NCBI GenBank assembly: GCA_963681965.1
Contig: OY820579.1
Span: forward strand, 480,001 to 544,000
Length of the DNA stretch: 64,000 nt
Direction of reading: 5' to 3'
Source of the DNA: a bacterium
GTDB lineage: Bacteria; Electryoneota; JAOADG01
In this document: piece by piece, positions 31,512 through 40,507 of the stretch
Layout: each line of letters opens with the position of its first letter
Position numbering within the stretch: position 1 is the first letter of the stretch
The notes under the pieces: model-generated
The model's database searches: none
The model's input: the letters and a program-made list of their open reading frames with translations, nothing else
Told to the model about the DNA's origin: nothing
Translations under genes and position numbers: made by a program

Positions 31512-32558
31512 TTAAAGATTCACCACTTTCCGTGGTTTCCGTTGATTGTATTGCACCACCGTCAATGGTTGGTACGGCTCCATCTGTTTGGTAACACAGA
31601 CCTTACATAATGTCCCATCGACGTTGTTATCCAAGTGGCGTTGTCGAAAATCTTTAAATACTTGACTATGCCACGCTTCGGCAAGTGTTACCTGATTCAA
31701 GTCGGCAACGATGAGTTGGTTTTCATAATCGACACAACAACAAGTGAGGAATCCTTCCCACGTGATATGAATCCGGTTGAACAGCATGGTGCACGGCAAC
31801 GGGGTGTTCATCGAATTGGTTGGACCGACTGCGCCGGTTTCCGGTATAAAACAGAGATCGTCGACAACTTTGCCAATCAGACGCTGGAGTTCGTCGGTTT
31901 CGTCGGCACATTCCGGAGTTACCACACAAGTCGCGAATAGCTTCAGCTTGGTGCCCATGGCTTTGCGACGCCGATCGATTTCCTTGATAACCTCGATCAC
32001 ATGATCGAAATCGTTCCGTCCGTGAATTCGAGCATAAGTACCGTTTGAACCAGCATTGATTGAGAACTTGATACTGTCTAAACCCGATTCGAACAGACGA
32101 TCGATCTTCGCATCATTAAATCGTGCTCCGTTGGTCGAAAAGTAGACGTATGAATAGCCTCTCGTTTTCGCAAATTCCACATAATCAAATAGCCGTGGGT
32201 TGAGTAGCGCCTCGCCGGTGGTGGATAGACCAACTTCACGAGCACCGAGCTGATACGCCTCGTCGAGAATGCGAAACATAAAATCGGGTGAGATCAACCC
32301 AACCTGACGCATCATCTCCCGATTATAGCAGAACCGGCAAGAATGATTGCACCCATTGCAGGTTTCGATCATAATATTCTTGGGAAATGGCGGTGTTATT
32401 GTCAAAAACGATTGATCCTCCTGCTCACGAATTCGCTTGTGCAGATCGCCATCTGTTTCCGCATTGGTGGCACGCTCTGGATTTATCTGCCGGGGTTGCT
32501 TGTCCATCCTCACCCTCTTTTCCGCCTGAGCGGTTTCGGTAACTACAATTCTCTTCAT
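31512..32558 (-). CDS. Radical SAM/SPASM(twitch) protein
   Basis: CNHSCRFC, TGEALL, STNG, C-terminal PC..L...CCVD...CKVC. Confidence 0.9.
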   Translation of the reverse strand: MKRIVVTETAQAEKRVRMDKQPRQINPERATNAETDGDLHKRIREQEDQSFLTITPPFPKNIMIETCNGCNHSCRFCYNREMMRQVGLISPDFMFRILDEAYQLGAREVGLSTTGEALLNPRLFDYVEFAKTRGYSYVYFSTNGARFNDAKIDRLFESGLDSIKFSINAGSNGTYARIHGRNDFDHVIEVIKEIDRRRKAMGTKLKLFATCVVTPECADETDELQRLIGKVVDDLCFIPETGAVGPTNSMNTPLPCTMLFNRIHITWEGFLTCCCVDYENQLIVADLNQVTLAEAWHSQVFKDFRQRHLDNNVDGTLCKVCVTKQMEPYQPLTVVQYNQRKPRKVVNL

Positions 32559-32649
32559 ATTTCACTACGAAATACTGCTCGCAGCGACACTTAAAATCAA
32601 TTTCACACAGTCAGTGCGAATTGCGTAGAGTCGTTCGTCGGTTTAGAAG

Positions 32650-32664
32650 GCAAACTCTGTGCCA
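32650..32664 (-). promoter_or_regulatory. Sigma54 (-24/-12) promoter
   Basis: Minus strand reads TGGCACAGAGTTTGC, an exact consensus match ~90 bp upstream of the radical SAM gene. Confidence 0.75.
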
Positions 32665-32861
32665 TTGAGGCATTAGGAGTATTTGATTTGATTGAGAGTT
32701 AAATTTTTAGTCGATTTGTTGAAAAATGTACTCAACGAGTGCTTTCCGGTGGGCAAAATCAATCGATTAATTGATCGCAAAAACACGCGATCTTTGCTCA
32801 TTTGTGAACTAGGATCGATCTTAACCGTATCACTCATCGAATTCTATCTTTGAGGTAAACC

Positions 32862-33503
32862 ATGTCAATTTCCATAGTTCATCCCGATATCGATAAGTAT
32901 TTACACGAATTAGAGGATTCGGCGTCCCGCTCCGACACGCTTAAAGCGATGGAAGCTTATGCCCGGGAACGTCACTTCCCGATAGTCGGACCGCTCGTGG
33001 GACGGGCAATGTCTTCGATGGCATTGGCAATCAATGCGAAACGGGTGTTGGAGTTGGGTAGTGGCTTCGGGTACTCGGCGATCTGGTTTGCGCAAGCTAT
33101 CGGTTCCGATGGTCGAATTGTCTGTACCGATGGAGACGAACAAAATCACAAACTGGCATTGGAGAATTTTGAAAAAGCGGGAATCGAAACACCGGTCGAT
33201 TTTCACGTCGGCGATGCACTGACAATATCTAAAACCCTGAATTCATCATTCGATATCATCTTTTGCGATATCGACAAACATGAATACCCCGATGTTATTG
33301 AGGAAGTCGTCCGGTTGTTGCGTCCGGGCGGATTATTCTTTACCGATAATGTCCTCTGGTCGGGTAGAGTGCTGGAGCCGATGATTACCGACAGAAATAC
33401 TGTGGGAATTCGATTGTTCAATGAAACGCTTTTTCAAGATTCTCGCTTTTCTACTACCATCCTGCCAATTCGCGATGGTGTTGCGCTGGCGGTAAAAAAA
33501 TAA
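32862..33503 (+). CDS. O-methyltransferase family 3 (caffeoyl-CoA OMT-like)
   Basis: RVLELGSGFGYS, FDIIFCDIDK, DNVLWSG, PIRDGV. Confidence 0.9.
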   Translation: MSISIVHPDIDKYLHELEDSASRSDTLKAMEAYARERHFPIVGPLVGRAMSSMALAINAKRVLELGSGFGYSAIWFAQAIGSDGRIVCTDGDEQNHKLALENFEKAGIETPVDFHVGDALTISKTLNSSFDIIFCDIDKHEYPDVIEEVVRLLRPGGLFFTDNVLWSGRVLEPMITDRNTVGIRLFNETLFQDSRFSTTILPIRDGVALAVKK

Positions 33504-33529
33504 CCGGCAATCGTTCGAGCAATTGCCGG
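33504..33529. terminator. Hairpin between convergent genes
   Basis: CCGGCAAT...ATTGCCGG flanked by A-rich sequence. Confidence 0.5.
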
Positions 33530-33553
33530 CTATAAAAAACGATATAATTGGAT

Positions 33554-34717
33554 CTACTTCTTCCACTTCAGTTGGTTCGGATCGCGTTCCGAGGCGACTA
33601 AATCTAAGCCCTGCTTGGTTGACCATTCATTCGCCGATTTCACCAATTCGGATTGCTCGCAACCGAGATAATCGATTGCGAGTTCGTCATCACCGAACAG
33701 TTCTAATGCTTGTTTCAACCCTTTGATCGCTTTTTTCACACCATGACGAATGTAATAGCGATGACCTCCGGCAATGATCGGAATGTCATCTTGCTTTACT
33801 GCCGCATTGAAAATCGAATCGACCATCTTGCCGCTCATCTCACCCAACGCTTTCGCTGTCAGAATACGAATAAAATTGGTTTGATGATTTAGATACGGTA
33901 ATAATTGCGGAATGCTGGCGGTATCCTTGATCTCACCCAATGCTTCCGCCGTCGACGTTTGTACCGAGCGGTTCGCATCGAGTAGCAGCGGTAACAGCGA
34001 TGAAACCGCGGAGCGATTCCGCAGTTGCCCCAGACTTTTCACAGCACTCATCCGAATCTCGAAATTGCCGTCGGATAACAACGGTATCAATGAAGACACG
34101 ACAGTCGAATCCTTACTCATTCCCAACGCAAACACAACGGATATCCTTACACGATCGTCGGAATCGCGAAGAGATTTCAACAATTCCGGAACAATGCGCG
34201 GACTGTTGAACGCCACAATACAGGAAGCAGCCATACTCCGAACTTCCGGCGTAGGATCGTTCAATAGTTTTAACAGCGGATCGATCGCGCGCGAATCGTT
34301 AATTCGGCGCAATGATGACATTGCTGCTCGCCGCACATTCGTCGATGGATCGGACAGCGCTTTGATTAATGGGATCACTGCCGAACTATCGGGCACTTTC
34401 CGTCCGATCATATCGGCAGCCATCGCGCGAACCTGATCATCGGGATCCTTCAACGCCGACAATGCTAGCGACAATGCAGTCGAATCGCCAATCGAACAAG
34501 CCGCCCGAATTGCTTCCGCGCGAGTCGTTGGCGCCGGATCGTGTGCCAGTGCTTTCAACGTGTCGCGCTGCTGCTGCACCGGCAGATTATACAGCCATGT
34601 CCATTTGATCGCCGATTTACGACGTTCCCGAGGCGGCACTTTTTGCGGGGATTGCGCAAGTACCGGCAATACCATTAACAATACCAGCAGCCATGCAAGC
34701 GCACGTACTTTTCGCAT
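33554..34717 (-). CDS. Secreted HEAT/PBS-lyase repeat protein
   Basis: Signal peptide; repeated LIxALxDxxxxVRxxAxxxLG. Confidence 0.85.
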   Translation of the reverse strand: MRKVRALAWLLVLLMVLPVLAQSPQKVPPRERRKSAIKWTWLYNLPVQQQRDTLKALAHDPAPTTRAEAIRAACSIGDSTALSLALSALKDPDDQVRAMAADMIGRKVPDSSAVIPLIKALSDPSTNVRRAAMSSLRRINDSRAIDPLLKLLNDPTPEVRSMAASCIVAFNSPRIVPELLKSLRDSDDRVRISVVFALGMSKDSTVVSSLIPLLSDGNFEIRMSAVKSLGQLRNRSAVSSLLPLLLDANRSVQTSTAEALGEIKDTASIPQLLPYLNHQTNFIRILTAKALGEMSGKMVDSIFNAAVKQDDIPIIAGGHRYYIRHGVKKAIKGLKQALELFGDDELAIDYLGCEQSELVKSANEWSTKQGLDLVASERDPNQLKWKK

Positions 34718-34730
34718 TAAATTCTCCTGA

Positions 34731-35336
34731 TCAAACCGATTGTTTTTTTCGTACTAAAAATTGTACTTGAATCGGTAATTCTGAAACCATCTCAACCTTA
34801 AATCCGTTCCGTAAACACAAATTACTGAATTGCTTCTCCGTCCGAAAATAGATCTCGTGCGACCACAACTTGCGAATTCGATTGCCAAAATTCGGTTGCG
34901 AGATCGAAAAGAGCAACACCCCATTCGGCTGCAACACACGATTGCATTCCTGTAACCATAACTCCGGTCGCGGTAGATATTCCGTTAGACCCACCGCAAC
35001 GATCGCGAATATCGACTCATTTTGAAACGGCAATGCCAGCGAATCGGCTGCCAGATAGCGATCATCGGGTTTGTCGCGACGCGACCAGTTGAGCATCCGC
35101 CGCGATCGATCTAAGTGGATAATATTACCTGCAAAGTTGTTCCATGCGATTGCTTTCGCGCCACATGCCACGTGCAATACCGTTGCGGTGCCGGGTAAAT
35201 TGACTTTTCCGAGAAGCTGGAGGATGGATTGATATTCAAGCCGTGTCATGCGCGAAAGCAGTGGTGTTCGCCACACAACCCAGTCGTACATCGCCCGTAA
35301 ATTCCAATACCAGTCCAAATTCATGTCGGTTCGCAA
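34731..35336 (-). CDS. Class I SAM methyltransferase (type 11-like)
   Basis: VLHVACG, ADSLALPF, RVLQPNG. Confidence 0.7.
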   Translation of the reverse strand: MRTDMNLDWYWNLRAMYDWVVWRTPLLSRMTRLEYQSILQLLGKVNLPGTATVLHVACGAKAIAWNNFAGNIIHLDRSRRMLNWSRRDKPDDRYLAADSLALPFQNESIFAIVAVGLTEYLPRPELWLQECNRVLQPNGVLLFSISQPNFGNRIRKLWSHEIYFRTEKQFSNLCLRNGFKVEMVSELPIQVQFLVRKKQSV

Positions 35337-35384
35337 TCGGTGAATTCGATTTTGGAAATCGTTAAAATCGATCGGTGAAGGTTA

Positions 35385-36185
35385 TCACTTTTTCCGCAGT
35401 ACAAAATGAACGCGATCGTTTTTTTCATGACCGGGTAAAAAAGTAGTGTTGCCCAGCATTGTTATCAACCGGAAATTGCTACGCGAAATCCAGCGCTGAG
35501 CTTCATCCAGTGTATAGATCCGCTGAACGTGATGTTCAATATGTACCAGCTCGGGATGATTATGGTCGAGAATTTCAAAGTCGTTGTGATGCAATCGGCG
35601 ATCTTCATCGTACCAGCTATGACGACGATATTCGATATTTTCCCGGCGATGCCGATCGAACCAGTTATTTAAATTCTTGACGCTGTTGCGTTCGGTACAC
35701 AGATCGAAGACCAGAATTCCACGTGACTGCAACGAATCGGCGGCATTTGCCAGAAACTGCTCCACTTCGGATGTTTCCAGTAAATAATTCAGACCATCGT
35801 AAACGACAAAGTAAAAGGCAACGTCTTGTGCGGAAAAAGTTCGGAAATCGCCTACAGAGAAAGTGGTGGTGGAGTTTTGGATGGTAGCTTTTCGACGAGC
35901 AGCCTCGATCATCTCGGAACATAGATCGAAACCGCAAACCCGATAACCAAACCGGGCAATGCGCAAGGCGAGATTGCCGGTTCCACAACCCCCTTCGCAC
36001 CAGATTCCTTGCGGAGCGACAAAACGCTCCGCAATTCGAATCAGATAATCTGCCCACTGAATATAATCGACGTGCCACATCAAGGTGTCGTAAAACGCGG
36101 CAATCGATTGATAAGGTGCCACCTCGCGGGCTTCGACACCTGTAGTAATTAGCGACGGCGGTGCGGGTTCGTTGTGCGCCGGCAT
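35385..36185 (-). CDS. Class I SAM methyltransferase
   Basis: YDTLM..VDY..W, EGGCGTG, DGLNYL, EHHVQRIY. Confidence 0.85.
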   Translation of the reverse strand: MPAHNEPAPPSLITTGVEAREVAPYQSIAAFYDTLMWHVDYIQWADYLIRIAERFVAPQGIWCEGGCGTGNLALRIARFGYRVCGFDLCSEMIEAARRKATIQNSTTTFSVGDFRTFSAQDVAFYFVVYDGLNYLLETSEVEQFLANAADSLQSRGILVFDLCTERNSVKNLNNWFDRHRRENIEYRRHSWYDEDRRLHHNDFEILDHNHPELVHIEHHVQRIYTLDEAQRWISRSNFRLITMLGNTTFLPGHEKNDRVHFVLRKK

Positions 36186-36193
36186 CTAGTTAA

Positions 36194-36835
36194 TTACGCG
36201 GATTTTTGTTCGTTGGTTAGCAAGAAACTAAGCGATTCAATTTCATATGCCATGTTTTCCTGACGAACAAACACCCCTTCGGGTACTTGCAGCGTAACCG
36301 GCGCAAAATTGAGAATCGCTTTCACACCCGAAGCGACCATTTCATCCGCAGCATGTTGTGCTGCTTCTGCCGGAACCGCCAAAATCGCGATTTTAATTGC
36401 CAAACGCGGAACCAGCATTTGACATTCGCTCAGGGGATAGATGGTCAAGTCGTTGAACTTCATTCCGACTTTATTGGGATCGGAATCCAACAACAATTTG
36501 ATATGGAAACCCCGTTGCCGGAAACCATCGTATGCCACCAACGCACGTCCAATATTACCGACGCCGACCAGTCCGACATTCCACAATTTGTTCAAGCCCA
36601 ACAACCGGCTGATGGTCTCGTGCAACGAGACGACATTGTATCCCAATCCACGACGACCGAACGCACCGAAATACGATAGGTCTTTTCTTACTTGTGCTGC
36701 GGTTAGCATATTTTCACGAGCGATCTGTTCGCTCGACAACGTCCGCCGATGCTGTTGAATAGCCAGCTCCAGCGTTCGATGATATTTGGACAAACGCCGG
36801 ATTGTCGCATCCGATTTCTTGTCCGTAGTCGCCAT
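36194..36835 (-). CDS. rex: Redox-sensing transcriptional repressor Rex
   Basis: ATIRRL, QVRKDLSYFGAFGRRGLGY, VGVGNIGRAL, ILNFAP. Confidence 0.95.
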   Translation of the reverse strand: MATTDKKSDATIRRLSKYHRTLELAIQQHRRTLSSEQIARENMLTAAQVRKDLSYFGAFGRRGLGYNVVSLHETISRLLGLNKLWNVGLVGVGNIGRALVAYDGFRQRGFHIKLLLDSDPNKVGMKFNDLTIYPLSECQMLVPRLAIKIAILAVPAEAAQHAADEMVASGVKAILNFAPVTLQVPEGVFVRQENMAYEIESLSFLLTNEQKSA

Positions 36836-36847
36836 TTGTAGTCCCCC

Positions 36848-39463
36848 CTATGCCTCGAATAAGTCGTTCCCGTTTTCAGTTTCTTCGGTATCTTCTTCTT
36901 CACTCTCCTGTGCTACTTTAGCGATATCTGCGATTGTTTCCCCTTCATTCAATCGTATCAACCGCACCCCCTGAGTAGCGCGACCCGTCACGCGGATTTG
37001 GCTTACCGATTGCCGGATTGCCGTACCGCCGGTCGTTATCACCATCAAATCGTCGCTATCCTGAACCAGCAACAGTGCAATCATCGGTCCCACTCGAGTG
37101 GTCACGCGCACCGTCATAATGCCTTGACCGCCACGCCCCTGTACACGGTATTCGTCCAGCGTCGAGCGCTTGCCAAAACCGTGATTCGTAACAGCCAGTA
37201 AGGTGATCGCTTTATTCTGATCGACACTCTTGTCGACCGAAACACAACCAATTACATAATCGCCACGATTAAGCTCAATACCCTTCACCCCTTCGGTGTC
37301 GCGACCCATGGGTCGAGCGGTTTCTTCATCGAATCGAATCGATTTTCCATCGTGAGTGGCAATCACAATCTGTTCCGTACCGTCAGTCAGCATTGCCTGA
37401 ACCAGATCGTCGCCTTCCCGGAGTGAAATAGCCCTAATACCAGTTTTACGCTCGAACTTGAATTGATCGAGAGATGTTTTCTTGATCTTTCCGAGGCGAG
37501 TCACAAAAACCAAGTACTTATCTGGATCAAAGTCCTTCGCCGGAACCACGGCTCGGATCACTTCGCCGGCTTCGCGATCGATTTGGATCAAATTGACGAT
37601 CGGTGTTCCGCGCGATCCCCGACCGGAGGCTGGGATCTCGTGCACCTTGACCCGCAAACAGCGACCCAGATTCGTGAAGATCAGCAGCGTATCGTGCGAC
37701 ATTGCCGTGAACAGGTGATCGACCCAATCGGTATCCTTCGGTTTGGTTGCCTGCGAACCGCGACCGCCGCGGTTTTGGCGACGCATCGTATTGACCGCCA
37801 ACCGCTTCACATACTGTTGGTGGCTGATCGTGACCAGCATCTCTTCATTCGGAATGAGATCTTCCCAACCGATATCGCCGGTTTCCAGCGCGACTTGAGT
37901 GCGCCGATCATCGCCATACCGTTCGTTCAGATCGGCAAGTTCCTGTTTCACTTCTGCACGCTGACGTTCGGGAGAACCGAGCAAATATTGCAATTCGAGA
38001 ATCTGTTCGCGGAGTGCGTTGATTTCATCTTCAAGCTTCTGCCGTTCAAGACCGGTCAACCGCGACAAGCGCATCTCCAAAATCGCTTTCGCCTGCTCTT
38101 CGGACAAACCCTGACCCGGCGTTACTTTCGCCATCTCTGGCGTCAGTTGCAGCCGCGACAGCAGTGCTGCCGTTCGTTCGTAGGAAAATGCCGCAATCAA
38201 ATTGATGCGCGCTTCTTCGACATTCTTTGCCGCACGGATAATCGTGATCACCCGGTCGATATCGTCGACTGCGAGCCGCAATCCCAATGCAATGTGCAGC
38301 CGGTCGCGCGCTTTGTTCAAATCGTATTTCGCACGTTTGACGATAATATCGAGGCGGTGCTTCAGGAATTCAAGGCAGAGGTCGCGAAGCGTACACACTT
38401 TCGGGGTACCATCGACGAGCGCCAGAAGTATCACACCGAAGGTCGATTGCAACGACGTATGCGCATACAACGCATTCAGAACTTGCTGACCCATCGCGTC
38501 GCGCTTCAATTCGATGACAATCCGCATACCATCGCGATCGGATTCGTCGCGAATATCGGAGATCCCGTCGAGTTTATCATCGTTGACCAATTCAACGATG
38601 CGTTCGATCAATTTACCTTTATTAACCTGATAGGGAATTTCCTTGATCACCACGCGCTGACGGTTCGTGCGCTCGCTCTCTTCGATCTCGGCGACACCGC
38701 GTACAACGACTCTCCCGCGACCGGTTTGATAGGCATCGTAGATGCCTTCCAAACCCTGAATCACGCCGCCCGTGGGAAAGTCGGGAGCAAAAATGGTAGC
38801 ACTCCCCTTGGTGCGCGGAAGCTTGATCAACTCTTCATTCGTCAATTCCGGATTGTCGAGTAGTGCTTCAAGCAGCCAGATCACTTCCCGCAAGTTGTGC
38901 GGTGGGATACTGGTCGCCATACCGACGGCAATACCATTACTGCCGTTCACCAGCAGATTGGGGAGCTTCGACGGAAGTACGGAGGGTTCGGTGAGCGAAT
39001 CGTCGTAATTCGGGATAAACGGAACCGTGTCTTTTTCCAGATCGGACAACAGCTCTTCGGCGATATGCTGCAGGCGTGCTTCGGTATATCGCATGGCGGC
39101 TGCGCCGTCACCGTCGATACTGCCGAAGTTACCTTGACCATCTACCAGCGGGTAACGCAACGAAAACGGTTGCGCCATTCGCACCATCGTGTCGTAGATT
39201 GCCGAATCGCCGTGCGGATGGTATTTACCCATCACATCACCGACGACGCGGGCAGATTTACGATAGGGGCGACCGGCACCGGCACCGAGTTCCTGCATGC
39301 CATACAAGACACGGCGGTGAACCGGTTTCAGACCATCCCGGACATCCGGCAATGCGCGCGAAACGATGACCGACATGGCGTAGTCGAGATAGGAATTCTT
39401 CATCTCCTCGACGATATCGATCGGGAGATGGGTATCTTCTTCTAACAAATTTGGTTCTTTCAT
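36848..39463 (-). CDS. gyrA: DNA gyrase subunit A
   Basis: [16 protein letters not shown], GyrA-box QNRGGRG, pinwheel repeats and acidic tail. Confidence 0.97.
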   Translation of the reverse strand: MKEPNLLEEDTHLPIDIVEEMKNSYLDYAMSVIVSRALPDVRDGLKPVHRRVLYGMQELGAGAGRPYRKSARVVGDVMGKYHPHGDSAIYDTMVRMAQPFSLRYPLVDGQGNFGSIDGDGAAAMRYTEARLQHIAEELLSDLEKDTVPFIPNYDDSLTEPSVLPSKLPNLLVNGSNGIAVGMATSIPPHNLREVIWLLEALLDNPELTNEELIKLPRTKGSATIFAPDFPTGGVIQGLEGIYDAYQTGRGRVVVRGVAEIEESERTNRQRVVIKEIPYQVNKGKLIERIVELVNDDKLDGISDIRDESDRDGMRIVIELKRDAMGQQVLNALYAHTSLQSTFGVILLALVDGTPKVCTLRDLCLEFLKHRLDIIVKRAKYDLNKARDRLHIALGLRLAVDDIDRVITIIRAAKNVEEARINLIAAFSYERTAALLSRLQLTPEMAKVTPGQGLSEEQAKAILEMRLSRLTGLERQKLEDEINALREQILELQYLLGSPERQRAEVKQELADLNERYGDDRRTQVALETGDIGWEDLIPNEEMLVTISHQQYVKRLAVNTMRRQNRGGRGSQATKPKDTDWVDHLFTAMSHDTLLIFTNLGRCLRVKVHEIPASGRGSRGTPIVNLIQIDREAGEVIRAVVPAKDFDPDKYLVFVTRLGKIKKTSLDQFKFERKTGIRAISLREGDDLVQAMLTDGTEQIVIATHDGKSIRFDEETARPMGRDTEGVKGIELNRGDYVIGCVSVDKSVDQNKAITLLAVTNHGFGKRSTLDEYRVQGRGGQGIMTVRVTTRVGPMIALLLVQDSDDLMVITTGGTAIRQSVSQIRVTGRATQGVRLIRLNEGETIADIAKVAQESEEEDTEETENGNDLFEA

Positions 39464-39765
39464 GGGTGCTTACTAAATCCGTCACAATCCAATAAGGATA
39501 CAATTCGCGAACCTGTGTACAAGGGCACAATCTGTAGTTCGCTCGAAACCAGTAAATATACGTATTTTCAAGCCTAAGACCAAGGAGAATACGCGATTTA
39601 TTTCACTTTCCCAATGATCTTTTTCAAGCTGAATCGGGATTTCGGTTCAAGGCAATAATGATCGAGATAGCAAAATATTAAGAACTTAGAGATACGGTTT
39701 CGAATGGTCTCGGATTTTCTTAAATTTAGACTGGGTAGATCCATGACCCAATTTGCAGGTGAAGA

Positions 39766-40326
39766 ATGATCCAAATTGTCGAAAAACCGGCGACTGGTAC
39801 TCTATTGATCGCGCATCCGTCGATCAAGGATCCGAATTTTCGCCGGTCGGTAGTACTGTTGTGCGAACATAATGACGAGGGGACGTACGGTCTCGTACTC
39901 AACCGTCCTACGCCATTTCAGTTGAATGAGGTGGTCGAAGAGTCGACGATCGAATCGCCGCTATTTCTCGGTGGTCCGGTACAACCGAATACCTTGCATA
40001 TTCTGCATCGAATTGGTGGTCAGGTGGAAGGATCGAAAGCGGTTCGCGACCACACATACTGGGGTGGAAAACTCGACGAGATTACCAAATTGCTTGACGA
40101 GAAAGCGGCAAAGCTGTACGATGTACGATTCTATGTCGGATATTCCGGTTGGGGCGAAGGGCAACTCGATGCAGAAATCGATAAAGGTGGGTGGATTATT
40201 GCCACTGCCGACGACACGATCATTTTCGATACCGATCCCGTGGAAATGTGGCGGATCGTGATGCGGCGCATGGGTGGTGAATATGCGCTGATTTCGACGT
40301 ATCCCGATGACCCGACATTGAATTAA
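39766..40326 (+). CDS. YqgE/AlgH family protein
   Basis: DPNFRRSVVLLCEH, GLVLNRP, GGPV, GYSGWGEGQL. Confidence 0.93.
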   Translation: MIQIVEKPATGTLLIAHPSIKDPNFRRSVVLLCEHNDEGTYGLVLNRPTPFQLNEVVEESTIESPLFLGGPVQPNTLHILHRIGGQVEGSKAVRDHTYWGGKLDEITKLLDEKAAKLYDVRFYVGYSGWGEGQLDAEIDKGGWIIATADDTIIFDTDPVEMWRIVMRRMGGEYALISTYPDDPTLN

Positions 40327-40353
40327 CCATCGATCAATTTAATACGAATGATG

Positions 40354-40380
40354 AAGCACCCGAATGGGTGCTTTTTTTTT
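40354..40380 (+). terminator. Intrinsic terminator
   Basis: AAGCACCC-GAAT-GGGTGCTT followed by T run. Confidence 0.85.
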
Positions 40381-40507
40381 GGGGGTAGAACAATTTTTAT
40401 TGCGGGACAATCGCAATCTTACTATTATAAATATAAATCCAATTCAGGGTGCTATGTGCCACTTCGATGAATTTCGTCGTTATCCGCCAGCTATTCATTT
40501 TGATTCT

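Noticed and set aside
37463-38863. 466-aa + strand ORF
   Set aside because: Antisense shadow of gyrA with no recognisable motifs.
40364-40507. ORF-track N-terminus of the SBBP protein
   Set aside because: The ATG at 40364 lies inside the algH terminator; the signal peptide points to a later start.
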